This document shows positions 49,816 to 62,900 of a stretch of DNA of 64,000 nt, in pieces. The DNA comes from Ylistrum balloti (Eukaryota). Positions within the stretch are counted from its first letter, which is position 1; every line of letters starts with the position of its first letter. The DNA lies in contig NW_026781945.1 in NCBI RefSeq assembly GCF_031769215.1, positions 806,001-870,000 on the forward strand, in the 5' to 3' direction. The position numbers and the translations under genes were made by a program. Under the pieces are notes generated by a model, which saw only the letters and a list, made by a program, of their open reading frames with translations, did not search any database and was not told the DNA's origin.

Positions 49816-51099
49816 GCTTATTTGAATTAAACTCTGACAAACATTTATAGGAAACTTTGTTACTGGCGGATCTTCATTCAGAAAACAATCCATAGATATA
49901 TTAAATGTTTTCATACAATCAAGAATCCCCATGTTATTACATCTCTCATACTGCTTATTTGTTTTTGAGAACATCTATAATTTTCCAAAGTTCCTTTTGG
50001 TGTTAGTAAAGTTCCAGATAAGTATTTAGATTTTGAAACATTTTCAGGCGCATATAGCTGCCCAAATATAATGGGCCAATAAATGACCCCATGGCTGTGA
50101 ACTTTATATTAAGATAGAAAGACCTTGAAAACCTACTTTTAAGCTATGTGAGTCTGTTTTAATATTTGTGACTTCATCAATCATGCATCTATACTAGTAA
50201 AACACACACAACAAACTTGTATTTATTTGGATCAATGTCCAGTACCAATATTGGACTATACAATTGACATTGCTTGCTAGACTCTATCTTAACAACATTG
50301 TCCAAAGCACACAAGAATTGAAAGCTAAACTATACATATTCACTGATGCTACCTCTCTTTACACCACTGTTGATTTTTCTTTAATCAATGCTTAAATTCT
50401 TAATTGTTACCTTAATCAAATTCTTCAATGATTGCAAAGGCAGCAACTCTACATTTTACCTCTTCTAAAACTGAAACCCGCCTAATTAACAGAAAATTAG
50501 GACCATTAACCTACATTTGTAGAAGTAAAAAAAATCATAACTATAATGAAGACAAAAGTGTTCCACAAAGTATGCATGGAATTAGCACATGCTTCACACA
50601 GTACAGTTTTAATGTCCAACTTCAGAATTTTGTTGCAACCAAGGGCATATATGGTATTTCATAAACACATCTTGTTCTTTCCAGAAATGGTCACTAAAAT
50701 GAGCACATCAGTTATCCAAAACTGAGATTTTTCCTAAAATAAACATCCTGCATAAGTTAAAATTCTCAATGAACATATCCTAATTCAACACATATACATG
50801 TCCTAGAGTTTGGGACTGCCATACTAAAGCTCAATATGAGTTATTAGAAGATGTATATTTAGAAGCAGCTCACAGTCACAGGTGGTACTAGAAATACATG
50901 TAGATTTAAAATGTATATTTAAACAGGCAGACTTCCTCTAAAGAAAAGATGTAAACAACGCAAGGTTATTTTTTTCCACAAACAACCCCCCCCCCCTTCA
51001 AAAAAAGAAAAAAATACCAACATGTCTACGTAATCATAATTCAAACTCACATTCAATAAAGCTAAGGCAAGTGGGAACAAAAGAAAGATTTACTTGGAG

Positions 51100-51380
51100 A
51101 CTCCTGAGAAAGTACAGGGAGAATAAGACCAGGTGTTACGGAAGATAGAGTGTCTTCTGCTTCATTGACAACATCCGTCGTACAAATCTTGGTCAACCAA
51201 AATAAGTAATGTCACATTCTCAGATGAGAATAAGGTATACAACAATGAACTAAAAGGCAAACTAACGTGCTTCAAATGTGTCCACTTTCCTATCACTCAA
51301 AGAAATAGAATATTTCTCAATGAGATCAGTCTGATGACCATCAAACTTCCGCATGATTTTCCTCAACCTGCACTTCATGC
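51100..51380 (-). mobile_element. Penelope-like RT C-terminus and 3' tail fragment
   Basis: The minus strand reads RLRKIMRKFDGHQTDLIEKYSIS, followed by GAAGCAGAAGACACTCTATCTTCCGTAACACCTGG. Homologous to 35040-35230. Confidence 0.8.
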
Positions 51381-54199
51381 ACAGAAATGATAATGATCCA
51401 CGGTCTGGTTCCTAATGTAATCAAAACTATCGTGATTCTCATATGGGCTAGTATTTTCGTCCAAAAGCTTGTCATATGAATGCTTTCTGATATGTCGTCG
51501 GTATCTTCTTGCTAGACCTTGTTAAGAACAACCCTTCAATTTATAAATTTTAAATCAGCTCACACAATTTCAATTTTCTGCTTTAGTGGCACTAGATTGT
51601 GTCAAATACATCATGCTAAATTAAGAATGAAGTGTATAGTTCCTTTAAATTTTATCTGTGCTGGAAAAATCTTATTGATAGTCCTCTGTGTTCTTCTACG
51701 GAAGCAGATGAAACCAACAAACATTATTTATTTCATTGTGTTTTCCCCAACTTTGATTACAAATCACTCATTAAATCACAACAGATTTCCTTTTGTTAAT
51801 CAGAAATGATAAGCTTACAGATGGAAGTACTTCCTGTTTTTGTAAGTCCTCACTAATCTTAAAGATTTGACCAATTTCTTTTCATTACACACCTGCCTGA
51901 TTTACCTTTTCCTTTTCACATTTGTACAAATTTCCATAACATGTACACCTCTTGAATTGTTTTTTTTAAAACAAACAATTTTGGTCTGGCATAGTTGAAA
52001 TATAACTTGATATTGATAGAGTGATGTAAAAGCATGTGGAGAAATTCCAAATCTTCATTTTTGTGACAAACTAATGTTTCTGAAAAAATGAAGAACCTTC
52101 TCCCAGTGTTCCATCATACTGCTTTTGTAAAACATTAAAATGACTGCTTTCTTCAAAATAATATCTGTTGTTTTGCCTCTTCATAAACAATGTTCACAGC
52201 AAAGGAAGACAAGAACAGATCATTAATTTCAAATGTTTAGTATTCAAATGGCAACGACGATATACAATACTGTAAACAAGTGAATGAGTTTGTAAAAAAT
52301 TGATTGAATAGAGATAGCTCATAAAATTAAGTGCCCTTCATAAATCTATCTAATATAACCTAGAAAAGGTGTATAAACTGTATCACATAATTTTGTATGG
52401 AGTAAATAATAAAATTCAATTTAATGGAGCATTTTCATAAAAAATTGAAAATGCCTTTCTATCATAATGTAAATTATAGTTTAGTAAATGTAAACTGCAT
52501 TACATTATCATGTATGGAGGTAAAATACCACAGAGCATTAAACAGAGATAAGTAATGCTGGATGATGGATAAACAGAGGTTTGTGAAAATAGATGCCATA
52601 CAAACAATTTCTGAAAACTTATTTATAATGGACAGTAAACAATATTCAATAAAACGTTAATACTCTTTATAAAAGGTATTGTTACAAACATTGTTAAGAT
52701 TAATAAGATATTGTTTTTCAAAGCATTTCTAAAAAAGTAAGAATTTTATAATACAAAGTATACAGATGATATTCTCAAGGTTTAAATTTGGTATGAAAAT
52801 TTTTAATGGCAATATCTTTACATGTATGAATGATCATTTTTGAAGATTTGAAAAATGAAAATAATTTCTAAGGTGTCCATTGTTTTAACTCGGTATTTAA
52901 AAGTAACTAGTAAGATAGTTTTCATGATATGGATTAGAGACAAAATTTTGAAAATAGATTTCAGTAAAATCTTTGATAATTATCAGAATTTTATGAAACT
53001 TGTGTGTTATCTTCAAATCAATGACTGAACGAGAACATGAAATATAAGTTTAAAAGTGAAAACAAAAAGTTAAAACCAGATGGAAATGTCTGGCCAATAA
53101 TTTGGGAGCATAAAAATCCTAATTACCATACAATATTTCTTATCTACTGAAACACAAATAACAGAAATACGATAGTCCATGTTGATATGGGAGTAGTTGA
53201 AAATGCGATACTGATGTGTCAGTTAATTTTCTGTAAATATGGACATTATTTTTGGTTGCTTACATAACTCTGGTGGTGCCAGGTACTTTTCCCTTCGTCC
53301 ATTCATCATTTCATTACAGTTAACAGGTGATGGGCATGGTAAGAGTAAACGTGACTTCCAGTGTCCTTTTTGAAAGAATCATATTTCAATACTATTATTT
53401 CATGTATAAATTTTGAAATACAGCAAGTTTTTAAATTATGACTGACTTTCATCTGATTGCATTTTGAAAGTGTATTGAAGTTTTATTGAATTCAGTAGGT
53501 TTATGCCAATGTTTCCGATGTATATCATATTCCTTATAAATCATATTCTAAAAGTGATAAACGCTACAAACACGTTTCCCTACTTTTGTGTCATTCATTG
53601 TGCCTCAACTTCCTTTGTTATCATCCCTGTCCCATCCATACCCAGTGTTTTAAGGTAGGCCTATACTTTCATCAGATCACAGAGAAACACAAAATGGCGA
53701 TGTTTGTAATTAATATTAAAAAATACTCTTTTTCTCATGAGTTCCTGTATACACGACCATTCCCTTCATCATCACCCTGTCCGCAATGCACAGTGCCGAT
53801 TGAAAATAGTCGGTAGCCAAAGGAGTTAAGTCTACTGTGTCTGCCATTTCAAAGATCTCATGGGAAACACCTGGCATAAAATAAATATTTTTCAAGCTGC
53901 AGACCACGTCGGATTTATGCTGACACACCTGTCAATCTACAAAAGCATTCCCTTACCTGTCATATTTGCGCGCTTCAAAAACTTCTTAGCTATGGGTTGC
54001 TATATGCAAACAATGATGACGTAACAATAGACTACACAGGTTTATTTAGTCACACTCGACAAGACTATTGATTACACACTCGAACAAAGATCTGTATTTA
54101 AGCGTCTGGATGAACGAGACGAGAAAATATACAGCATAATTTCCAGATACTTTATCAATGCTTGCTTGTAATAAACATGTATAAGTGATAGCCTACCAT

Positions 54200-55011
54200 C
54201 TAATGACAAATCAAATCGCCATATGTCCGTAGTTCGTCCGTCCGTCCAAAAAATTGTTATTGATATTTCTTGAGAAGTACTAGATGGATCTTCCTCAAAT
54301 TTCTCCTTGGTCCCTAGTTGTGCACTTTGATTTTGGAACTGACCAGAAAAACAAAATGGCTGACAGGTGGCCATCATTGATTTTGAGGGCAAGTTTGCTA
54401 TTGCCATTTCTTGAGAACTACAACATAGATTTTCCACAAATTTCGTGTGTAGGCTTCCCTTGATCCCTAGTTGTGCCCGTTTTATTTGGTTCTGATCGGT
54501 AAAGGGAAATTGCCAACAGGCGGCCATCTTGGATTTTGACTTTGAAAAATTGTTATTACTATCTTTTTTTAGGAATACTGCATAGATCTTTCTCAAATTT
54601 CATGTACAGGCTCCTCTTGGTCCCTTCTTGCGCCTGTATGATTTTGGGACTGATTGGAAAAACAAAATGGCTGACAGTCATCTTGGATTTTGCATAGTAA
54701 AGATTGTTATCCCTATTTTTCAAGAAGTACTGAATGGATCTCTCTCAAATTTTTCATACATATGTTCCCTTTGGTCTCTACTTGTGCCCGTTTGATTTTG
54801 GAACTGATCAGAAGAAACAAAATGGCTTCCAGATGACCATATTGGATTTGGCAGGTAAAGAATTCATCTATTTCTGCAGATGAATTTTCAAATTTCTTAT
54901 CATAAGAGCAAAAACAAAGAAGAGGAAAGAAGGGAAAAATTCCAACTTTCAGAGAGCAACAAAACAAATCAAACAATGGTGGGTGCCAAGATCCTTCTGG
55001 GACCTCTTGTT
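54200..55011 (-). mobile_element. Non-autonomous modular interspersed repeat (AACAAGAG-type)
   Basis: The minus strand starts AACAAGAGGTCCCAGAAGG. It has 4-5 related modules (CCCTTGGTCCCT..TGATTTTGG.ACTGA..AAACAAAATGGCT..CCATCTTGGATTTTG) and ends in GACGGACGGACG. Confidence 0.75.
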
Positions 55012-56559
55012 TCATAACTATGGTGTATCAACAAAGGAAAGCATTGCGATAACATGTATATATAAGTTAGTCAGCAGGGTAACAGAAAATAATTATTCAC
55101 ACCGTTATTGGTGAGATAAAGGGGCTATAACCTTCAGGAAAGGCTATTAAGTTACAAACACAAGGAGTGAAACTATTGCATTTATAATGATAAAACAACA
55201 CAGTTAATCAAGGAATGAGTCTTTTTTAATGGAATGTTTTACAGAATGGCTGGTCATAATCCTGGTTCAACACCAAAGTTTCTTTGAATTAATATATGTA
55301 TGTGTAGCTGATATCATAGATATAAATCCCCTTGGATATATTTAGTCTAAATCAAACGCAAGAATACACAGGTACATATGTATATTACCAATAACCAATT
55401 AACATTAATTCTGAAAATAAACCTGGTTACCTAAACCATTACTGAAAGTACAGGATTATACAATCAAAAAATAGTAAACAAAATTATCTAAGTATGAGTA
55501 TAGCAGGACTGTAAAAATAAACATTCATGAAATGTTCATCACTTACTTAATGACTTTAAAGTTGATTGTCTTGATACACAATTGATCTAATTTATACTTT
55601 GATACTATGCATTTACTTTACACAAATCTTCGTCTTAACTTATTGAATATCTTTCTCTGTTTTTAGTTTTGTTTCCTGTCACTATTCTGTTAGAAACTGC
55701 ACAACATGATAATGGTGTCTTTTCACAGCCTGTTCATCTTCCCCATGATGCCTCTAGGAGGTCCAATCTTGAATGAGGTTATAGATCACAATCAACTGAG
55801 TGAATCTCATAAAGGATTTCTATACTAATACACTAATACATTTACAGTCAAGACATATTTTATGTACTTTAAGTACAGTTAACATACAGAAGGAAACATG
55901 TATTTCCTCCATCATCTTTAACATACAAGTTTATGAAGTTTGCCTTAACAATGATTTGATTATCCTAGATATGATGTAAATTAATCCAAAGGCAACAAAG
56001 AATGAAGTCAATATCTTATTACAGCTAGCAAAGCTGTATTTCCAATAAATATAGTTATAGCAATACCATTTTCTTAAGAAAAGAGAAAAAAAAGGGAATC
56101 GCGAATCATCCTAACACAAAAACACTAATTTAATTCAAATTCTATTATTACGTTGCAAAAACCAAAAATAAAACTAAAGATACATACAGAGACAATTTCT
56201 TCCAAAAACGAATTCACGATTCTATTGGATTTCTGACAGACCTGAGAAAAATCATATCTATTTGCTATCTGTTGTATTGCATCACCACTTGGAACTAAAT
56301 CAAACTTTGACACATGTTATGAGTAATAGACACGTCACTAGCAATAATTTAAGAAACAATTATAAAGTATGATTCAGACAATTATGTACATAATTATATC
56401 ACATGGCACTTTATTACACCCACTATACAAACCCGCAGCACTCATCTAGAAAATTCTAACATTACATAATACATTACATAATATAACACTACAAAACAAA
56501 TGTAGGACATTAAATCAGTCCAATAAATCTCGTAACTCAATTTAATCAAATAACTGTCC

Positions 56560-56990
56560 CTACTCTGAGGAGTAAACTAATTTTCTCAACTCTGGCAAGT
56601 GAAATTAAACTGTGTCAAATAGCTCTCCCAATTCTGATAAGTTAATTCTCCTCTCTTTTAATATGAGTAGAAATAAAAATCCCAATTCTGAGGAGTTAAA
56701 ATCCCTTCATTGAAGATGAGTAGAAATAATTCTCCTAATTCTGATGAGTCAAAACCATTCTTTAAGACAAGTAAAAATAACTCTCCAAAATCTGATGAGT
56801 TAATTCCCCTCTCCTTTGATATGAGCTAATTCTGATGAGTTAAAACCCCCTTCTTCCAAAAAGAGTTGAAATAACTCTCCCAGATCTGATGAGTTAATGC
56901 CCCTCTCCTTTGATATGAGCTAATTCTGATGAGTTAAAACCCCCTTCTTCCAAAAAGAGTTGAAATAACTTCTAATTCTGATGAGTTGAA
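56560..56990. repeat. Degenerate tandem array of ~27-bp subunits with a 94-bp higher-order duplication
   Basis: AATTCTGA(T/G)GAGTTAA recurs. 56790-56880 is nearly identical to 56884-56970. Confidence 0.85.
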
Positions 56991-59904
56991 TTGCCTTCCT
57001 ATAAGAGGTGGAAGATTAACTCTACCAATTCCAACTCAAAAGATGGAAGTATAAAAATATGTACCTCCTACCAGTTGAAATGAATTTAACTTTCTAGCAA
57101 CTTAGGATGAGTGGTTATTCTTCTCAGCCTTGAAGAGTTGAATAACTCTCATTATGGTTAAACAACTGGTCCTGATATATAAGAATATTATTTCTATCTT
57201 CAAAACTCAAACTTTCTCCTTGCTGCTGATTCAGAAACTTCACAAACAGAAATAAGGAAAGAAAACAAATGGGAAAACATTGTATAAATACACTAATAAA
57301 GTGTAAATATAAGTAAAAAATGTTTAAACAATTTGTGTTCAAATTAAACATAAACTTAATCCATAATACCAACTGCTAAAATAGTCAAATAAATGTGAAA
57401 ACATATGTTCTAGAAATAAAACAGCTACAAACAATTATTTTCAACCTTGTATCCTCATCAACACTTCTGTTTGTTCATAAACTCCACATACAAGCATACA
57501 TCATACATTTTGTATTTTCAATTTCAAGTACAATGCAAAATAGATTTCTATCTTAGAATTCATATACATAAATATACCCAAATTCAGTTTCAACCACAAG
57601 ACACAAATATATCAAAGTACATGTGTACTCCAAACAGACAACATGTACAAACATTCAGCTACTTTTAATCTGGTACACAATGCCAGAATTATCACATGTT
57701 ACATCTGCTACAAATGTTTTATATACCATCATTTATCATAATATATGTACAAATATCTAATTTAACTTTTTTATTTCAATGTTGAGCATAAAATGTATAT
57801 CTACACATACAAAACTATCATACTTTTGCATGTTATCAGCAGTCTTGTCACTAAATATTTTGCCTGGAACTTAAAAACAATCGACTGATGTAAATAAGAA
57901 TATGTTAGCTATATTTATTGCAATACTTAATACAGAGTCACCAACTCAAAGGGATAACTAGAAAATGTCTTCCAGACATGAATTCCCCTGCTCATATGCA
58001 AACAAGAACCGGATCACATGTAGAAATTAATGTTGTGATACTATGCATCAAATCTGTCGAGATGTTCGCATGATAAGACATTGATTTGGAATGGGACGGG
58101 ACTTGATGCAATGTAACTGGATACTATGAGTCGGACGGACAAGGGAAACATGATATGCTTCCTACCAAATGACTGGAGGCTTGAAATCACATTATTTTGT
58201 AAACGAGGGTAAAAGGATGTTTGCATTGAGTAAAATGCCTTTTTTTCAAATTTCAGATTTGGAATAAAGCAATCACATTTGTATGAGTTCAAACTATAGT
58301 TCATATATTATATTCTATGCCCTTTGTGATTTTGGTTCAATTTTTAGGTATTGATTTCAATATTTCCAATTCTGATCTAAAACGTAAGATATCAGGGAAA
58401 TGAAGCCTGTATATGGACTTGACAAGACATGGTCATTTTGCCAGTAAAATACAGGTGAGTTAGCAGCACTGACAATATACCTTTAAACAAAACTCTATTC
58501 TGAAAAGCAAGCTGCCAACTCCCAGAACAAAATGGGTACATGTAAATTTGTATGTGCGGAAGTGAGGACAGCATTTATCATAAGTACATTTTCAAAAGGA
58601 CTCTCCAGACAGCACTACCAACTACCTATGTCATATGTGAATCCCACAGTTTTGTTTTTTTGAGAGATCACTTCACATAAAAATATAGGTTCAAAATAAA
58701 GATTGGTAATAGAATTAGAGTGAGACTGGTGATTCAAAATAATTATAAAAACAATGTAATTACAGTATAAAGGATATTTTTGTCCACAAAATAATGAAGA
58801 CCTTTTGTGTCTGAAATCTCTAGTTTCTCCATTGATCTTTTTGGACACTTTGACAAATTCTGATTTTAGGAAAGTCATTTTGACCTCTTGAGAACATTTT
58901 ACATGTATACATTGTTCGACACAGTAGCTAAGTAAATGTTGTTATATTTAAAAATGTAGGAAAATAATAACTGCTATTTCAGTAAAACATCAAACTGACC
59001 CCAGGACCCCAAAAATAATCATTTCTATCTATGGTTCGGTTTCCTGCCTATAGATAGCAAATTGTTCATTAAATTGTATGTGTAGTGTCTGTAAACAAAA
59101 CATAGGTATTTGGGGGTGGGAATGATATTTTACTGGAATAACCCTAACAAACAGCTCTGAATAATCACACACATCATAAAACAGTCTATCTCATTTTAAC
59201 CTGCTAAAACAGTCAAATGATGACGAATGATTCATTAATCATGGCTCTGAATAATCACTAACAACATATATCAGTCTATAGTGTAGAAATGGTCACTTCT
59301 AAACATGTCCTGTAACAGCCCCAAATAATCATTCATATAACGCCATGGTTTCATGAAAAAATTACTGTACTTTTTTCAGAAGTTGCAATTTCAACTATGA
59401 TTATCTTTGGAAGACACCAAACAGGAAAACATATTGTTTATTAATCTATAAATAAATACATTTGTTAATGTTTGCAGTAATTTTGTTGATGTTGATTACA
59501 TTCTAAAACCTGTTGTCTTACTGAATAAATAAACCATCACAAACAAAACATTACAAAAAAAATCAGCCAATATATTTGATCAATTACAATAATGACACTT
59601 ACCCAGTTAAAACATATATATCTAGATACATTTACAAAAGAAAAATTGCGTAGAAGAAGTGTGTAGTATACAATATGTGTTTCAAATTCTTGTAAAACAA
59701 TGATTATTTAATTTTTCTCCTAAAACCTGGCAAATTACACTTTATCAGGAAAAATGGTGAAGAGAAACATTTCTACACCCAGACTAAATATCTAGGATTT
59801 CAGAATTTGTATGATTCACCCACCATCATTACTACAATGACTAACAGAAGGAGGACAAGGACAGACAGTAGAATATCGGGTGTGATTATCCAGAGCAGTA
59901 ACCG

Positions 59905-62900
59905 TCAAACAGTCTCCACGGCACCCTGAGATCGGCTTGAAGTCTCGCTCGTCTCACTCGTATCGGTCTCTGCTGTTGATGATGTTGCCTTTGGACGACG
60001 TCGTCCAAAAAATCTCCTTTGCGCTGCTTCAATCTATTAAGGATGAAGAATTGTTACCAATAATGAAAATAACAACCTTTGTAAAATAAAGATTAAAATG
60101 CAGCATGAAAATTTGTTTGTTGATTATCAGATATTCATTCTTTATCAAAAATGTTTCTGTAATCATACCATGTATAGAATGAACAACGCTTCTAAACATA
60201 TTTTCATACCATTTCACATATATCACTGTAAATATAAATTACATGAAATAGGATAAATACCACTTCTGGTGATGTAAACCTATTACGGGATCAATCTTGT
60301 CTTTTCAGGAAAGCTATCAAAACTGGTCTCAATCAAAAACGTCAGGTGATTTTGAACTACTGTACGGCATCTAAATGCATTGTGTAAAAATCAAGTATTT
60401 TCATAGTGATAAGTATATCAACCAACCTTTTCTGCAAAAAAAGATGCCACAGTAAAGATGACCAACACAGCTAAGGCTAAGTGTGTCCAAAACTTGAGCC
60501 AGTCTCTGTATTTCCTCCTGAAAATTCATAGCATTCAAGTGTTGTCAGTCACAATTTTTTTCTCTGAATAGAAATATTTTGGTGTTTTATGTACATGTAA
60601 GCAAATGTATATTTCAATCTCTTAAAATGCCTAGTTCATGTACTATTTATAATTTCAATACCAAGATATTTAGTGGTGTTTCTATCTGGTTAAGAAAGAA
60701 AACAACTTACTTTATAATTACTATGGTATAAACTGAAGAAAAACATGTGACCACTTCAAAACTTATCATGTGGAAACGAAAATCTGGACAAAATGAAATT
60801 AAAACATAAGAAAATTATTAGAGAAGAAAATGTTGTGTAACCTACCATTCCCTTAGGTCATCAGTATGAAGGAAGCGGTTCCTGTACTCTCGTGGAAGTT
60901 CAAACTGTGATGGTATAGGAAACACAGCTTCATAGAAATCTTGGAGTATTGCTTTAACCTGTTGAAAAATCATAAAATAAAGACTGTGAAATAAAAAATA
61001 ACAAAGTGAATCAACCTAAACATTGTACGATGTAGCAGTTGTTATATAGGGAAAATGATCTAGAGCACTCGCAGAGCACAGTCTGTAACCCAAGGCAGGC
61101 TCATTACGTACCATCAGTACAACTGACCATAGGTTACTGATGATGTTAAGAGAGTTAAGAAACAAAATATACTGTTCTGTAAAGTCTACTGTTTCTGAAT
61201 CAATTTTCATAGGATGTACTCACTGTTTTGGCGTCCTCCTTGTTATGGTCAATGTTGTCATTTAAACAAATGAATTTTCTGGAAAAAGTCATGAATTTGT
61301 CAGAAAAAATATTAACAATAAAATGTCTATATCTACACTACTAATGCATACTGCTGTCTAATACAGTTATTCAAGGTGTCAACAATGTCAAGACTAGACA
61401 ACGTCTATATCTACACTACTAATGCATACTGCTGTCTAATACAGTTATTCAAGTTGTCAACAATGCCAACACTAGACAACGTCTATATCTACACTACTAA
61501 TGCATACTGCTGTCTAATACAGTTATTCAAGTTGTCAACAATGCCAACACTAGACAACGTCTATATCTACATTACTAATGCATACTGCTGTCTAATACAG
61601 TTATTCAAGGTGTCAACAATGCCAACACTAGACAACGTCTATATCTACACTACTAATGCATACTGCTGTCTAATACAGTTATTCAAGGTGTCAACAATGT
61701 CAAGACTAGACGTCTATATCTACACTACTAATGCATACTGCTGTCTAATACAGTTATTCAAGTTGTCAACAATGCCGAGACTAGACAATGTCTATATCTA
61801 CACTACTAATGCATACTGCTGTCTAATACAGTTATTCAAGGTGTCAACAATGCCAACACTAGACAATGTCTATATCTACACTACTAATGCATACTGCTGT
61901 CTAATACAGTTATTCAAGTTGTCAACAATGTCAACACTAGACAATGTCTTTATCTACACTACTAATGCATACTGCTGTCTAATACAGTTATTCAAGTTGT
62001 CAACAATGCCGAGACTAGACAATGTCTATAAACAATGCCAACACTAGACAATGTCTATATCTACACTACTAATGCATACTGCTGTCTAATACAGTTATTC
62101 AAGTTGTCAACAATGCCAACACTAGACAATGTCTATATCTACACTACTAATGCATACTGCTGTCTAATACAGTTATTCTGTCTACACTACTAATGCATAC
62201 TGCTGTCTAATACAATACAATGTCTATATCTACACTACTAATGCATACTGCTGTCTAATACAGTTATTCAAGTTGTCAACAATGCCAACACTAGACAATG
62301 TCTATATCTACACTACTAATGCATACTGCTGTCTAATACAGTTATTCAAGTTGTCAACAATGCCAACACTAGACAATGTCTATATCTACACTACTAATGC
62401 ATACTGCTGTCTAATACAGTTATTCAAGTTGTCAACAATGCCGAGACTAGACAATGTCTATATCTACACTACTAATGCATACTGCTGTCTAATACAGTTA
62501 TTCAAGTTGTCAACAATGCCGAGACTAGACAATGTCTATATCTACACTACTAATGCATACTGCTGTCTAATACAGTTATTCAAGGTGTCAACAATGCCAA
62601 GACTAGACAACGTCTATATCTACACTACTAATGCATACTGCTGTCTAATACAGTTATTCAAGTTGTCAACAATGCCAACACTAGACAATGTCTATATCTA
62701 CACTACTAATGCATACTGCTGTCTAATACAGTTATTCACAATCTTACAGGGGAATAAACTTAGGAAACAAGCACTGGCTTAACTAAAGAAATCATTAGTA
62801 ACAGCTGTGTATATGACATCATTAATTAACAAGAGGCCTATACTGAAATACTAATGTGGTTTCGTAATCAGGGTAGCATTTTCCTTTCCACTTTTTCATA

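Noticed and set aside
54072-54596. 174-aa minus-strand ORF
   Set aside because: It comes from the modules of a non-autonomous repeat and has no protein-family motif.
61376-62782. 223-aa and 169-aa ORFs of 26-aa repeats
   Set aside because: Translation of the 78-bp intronic minisatellite, antisense to GNPTAB.
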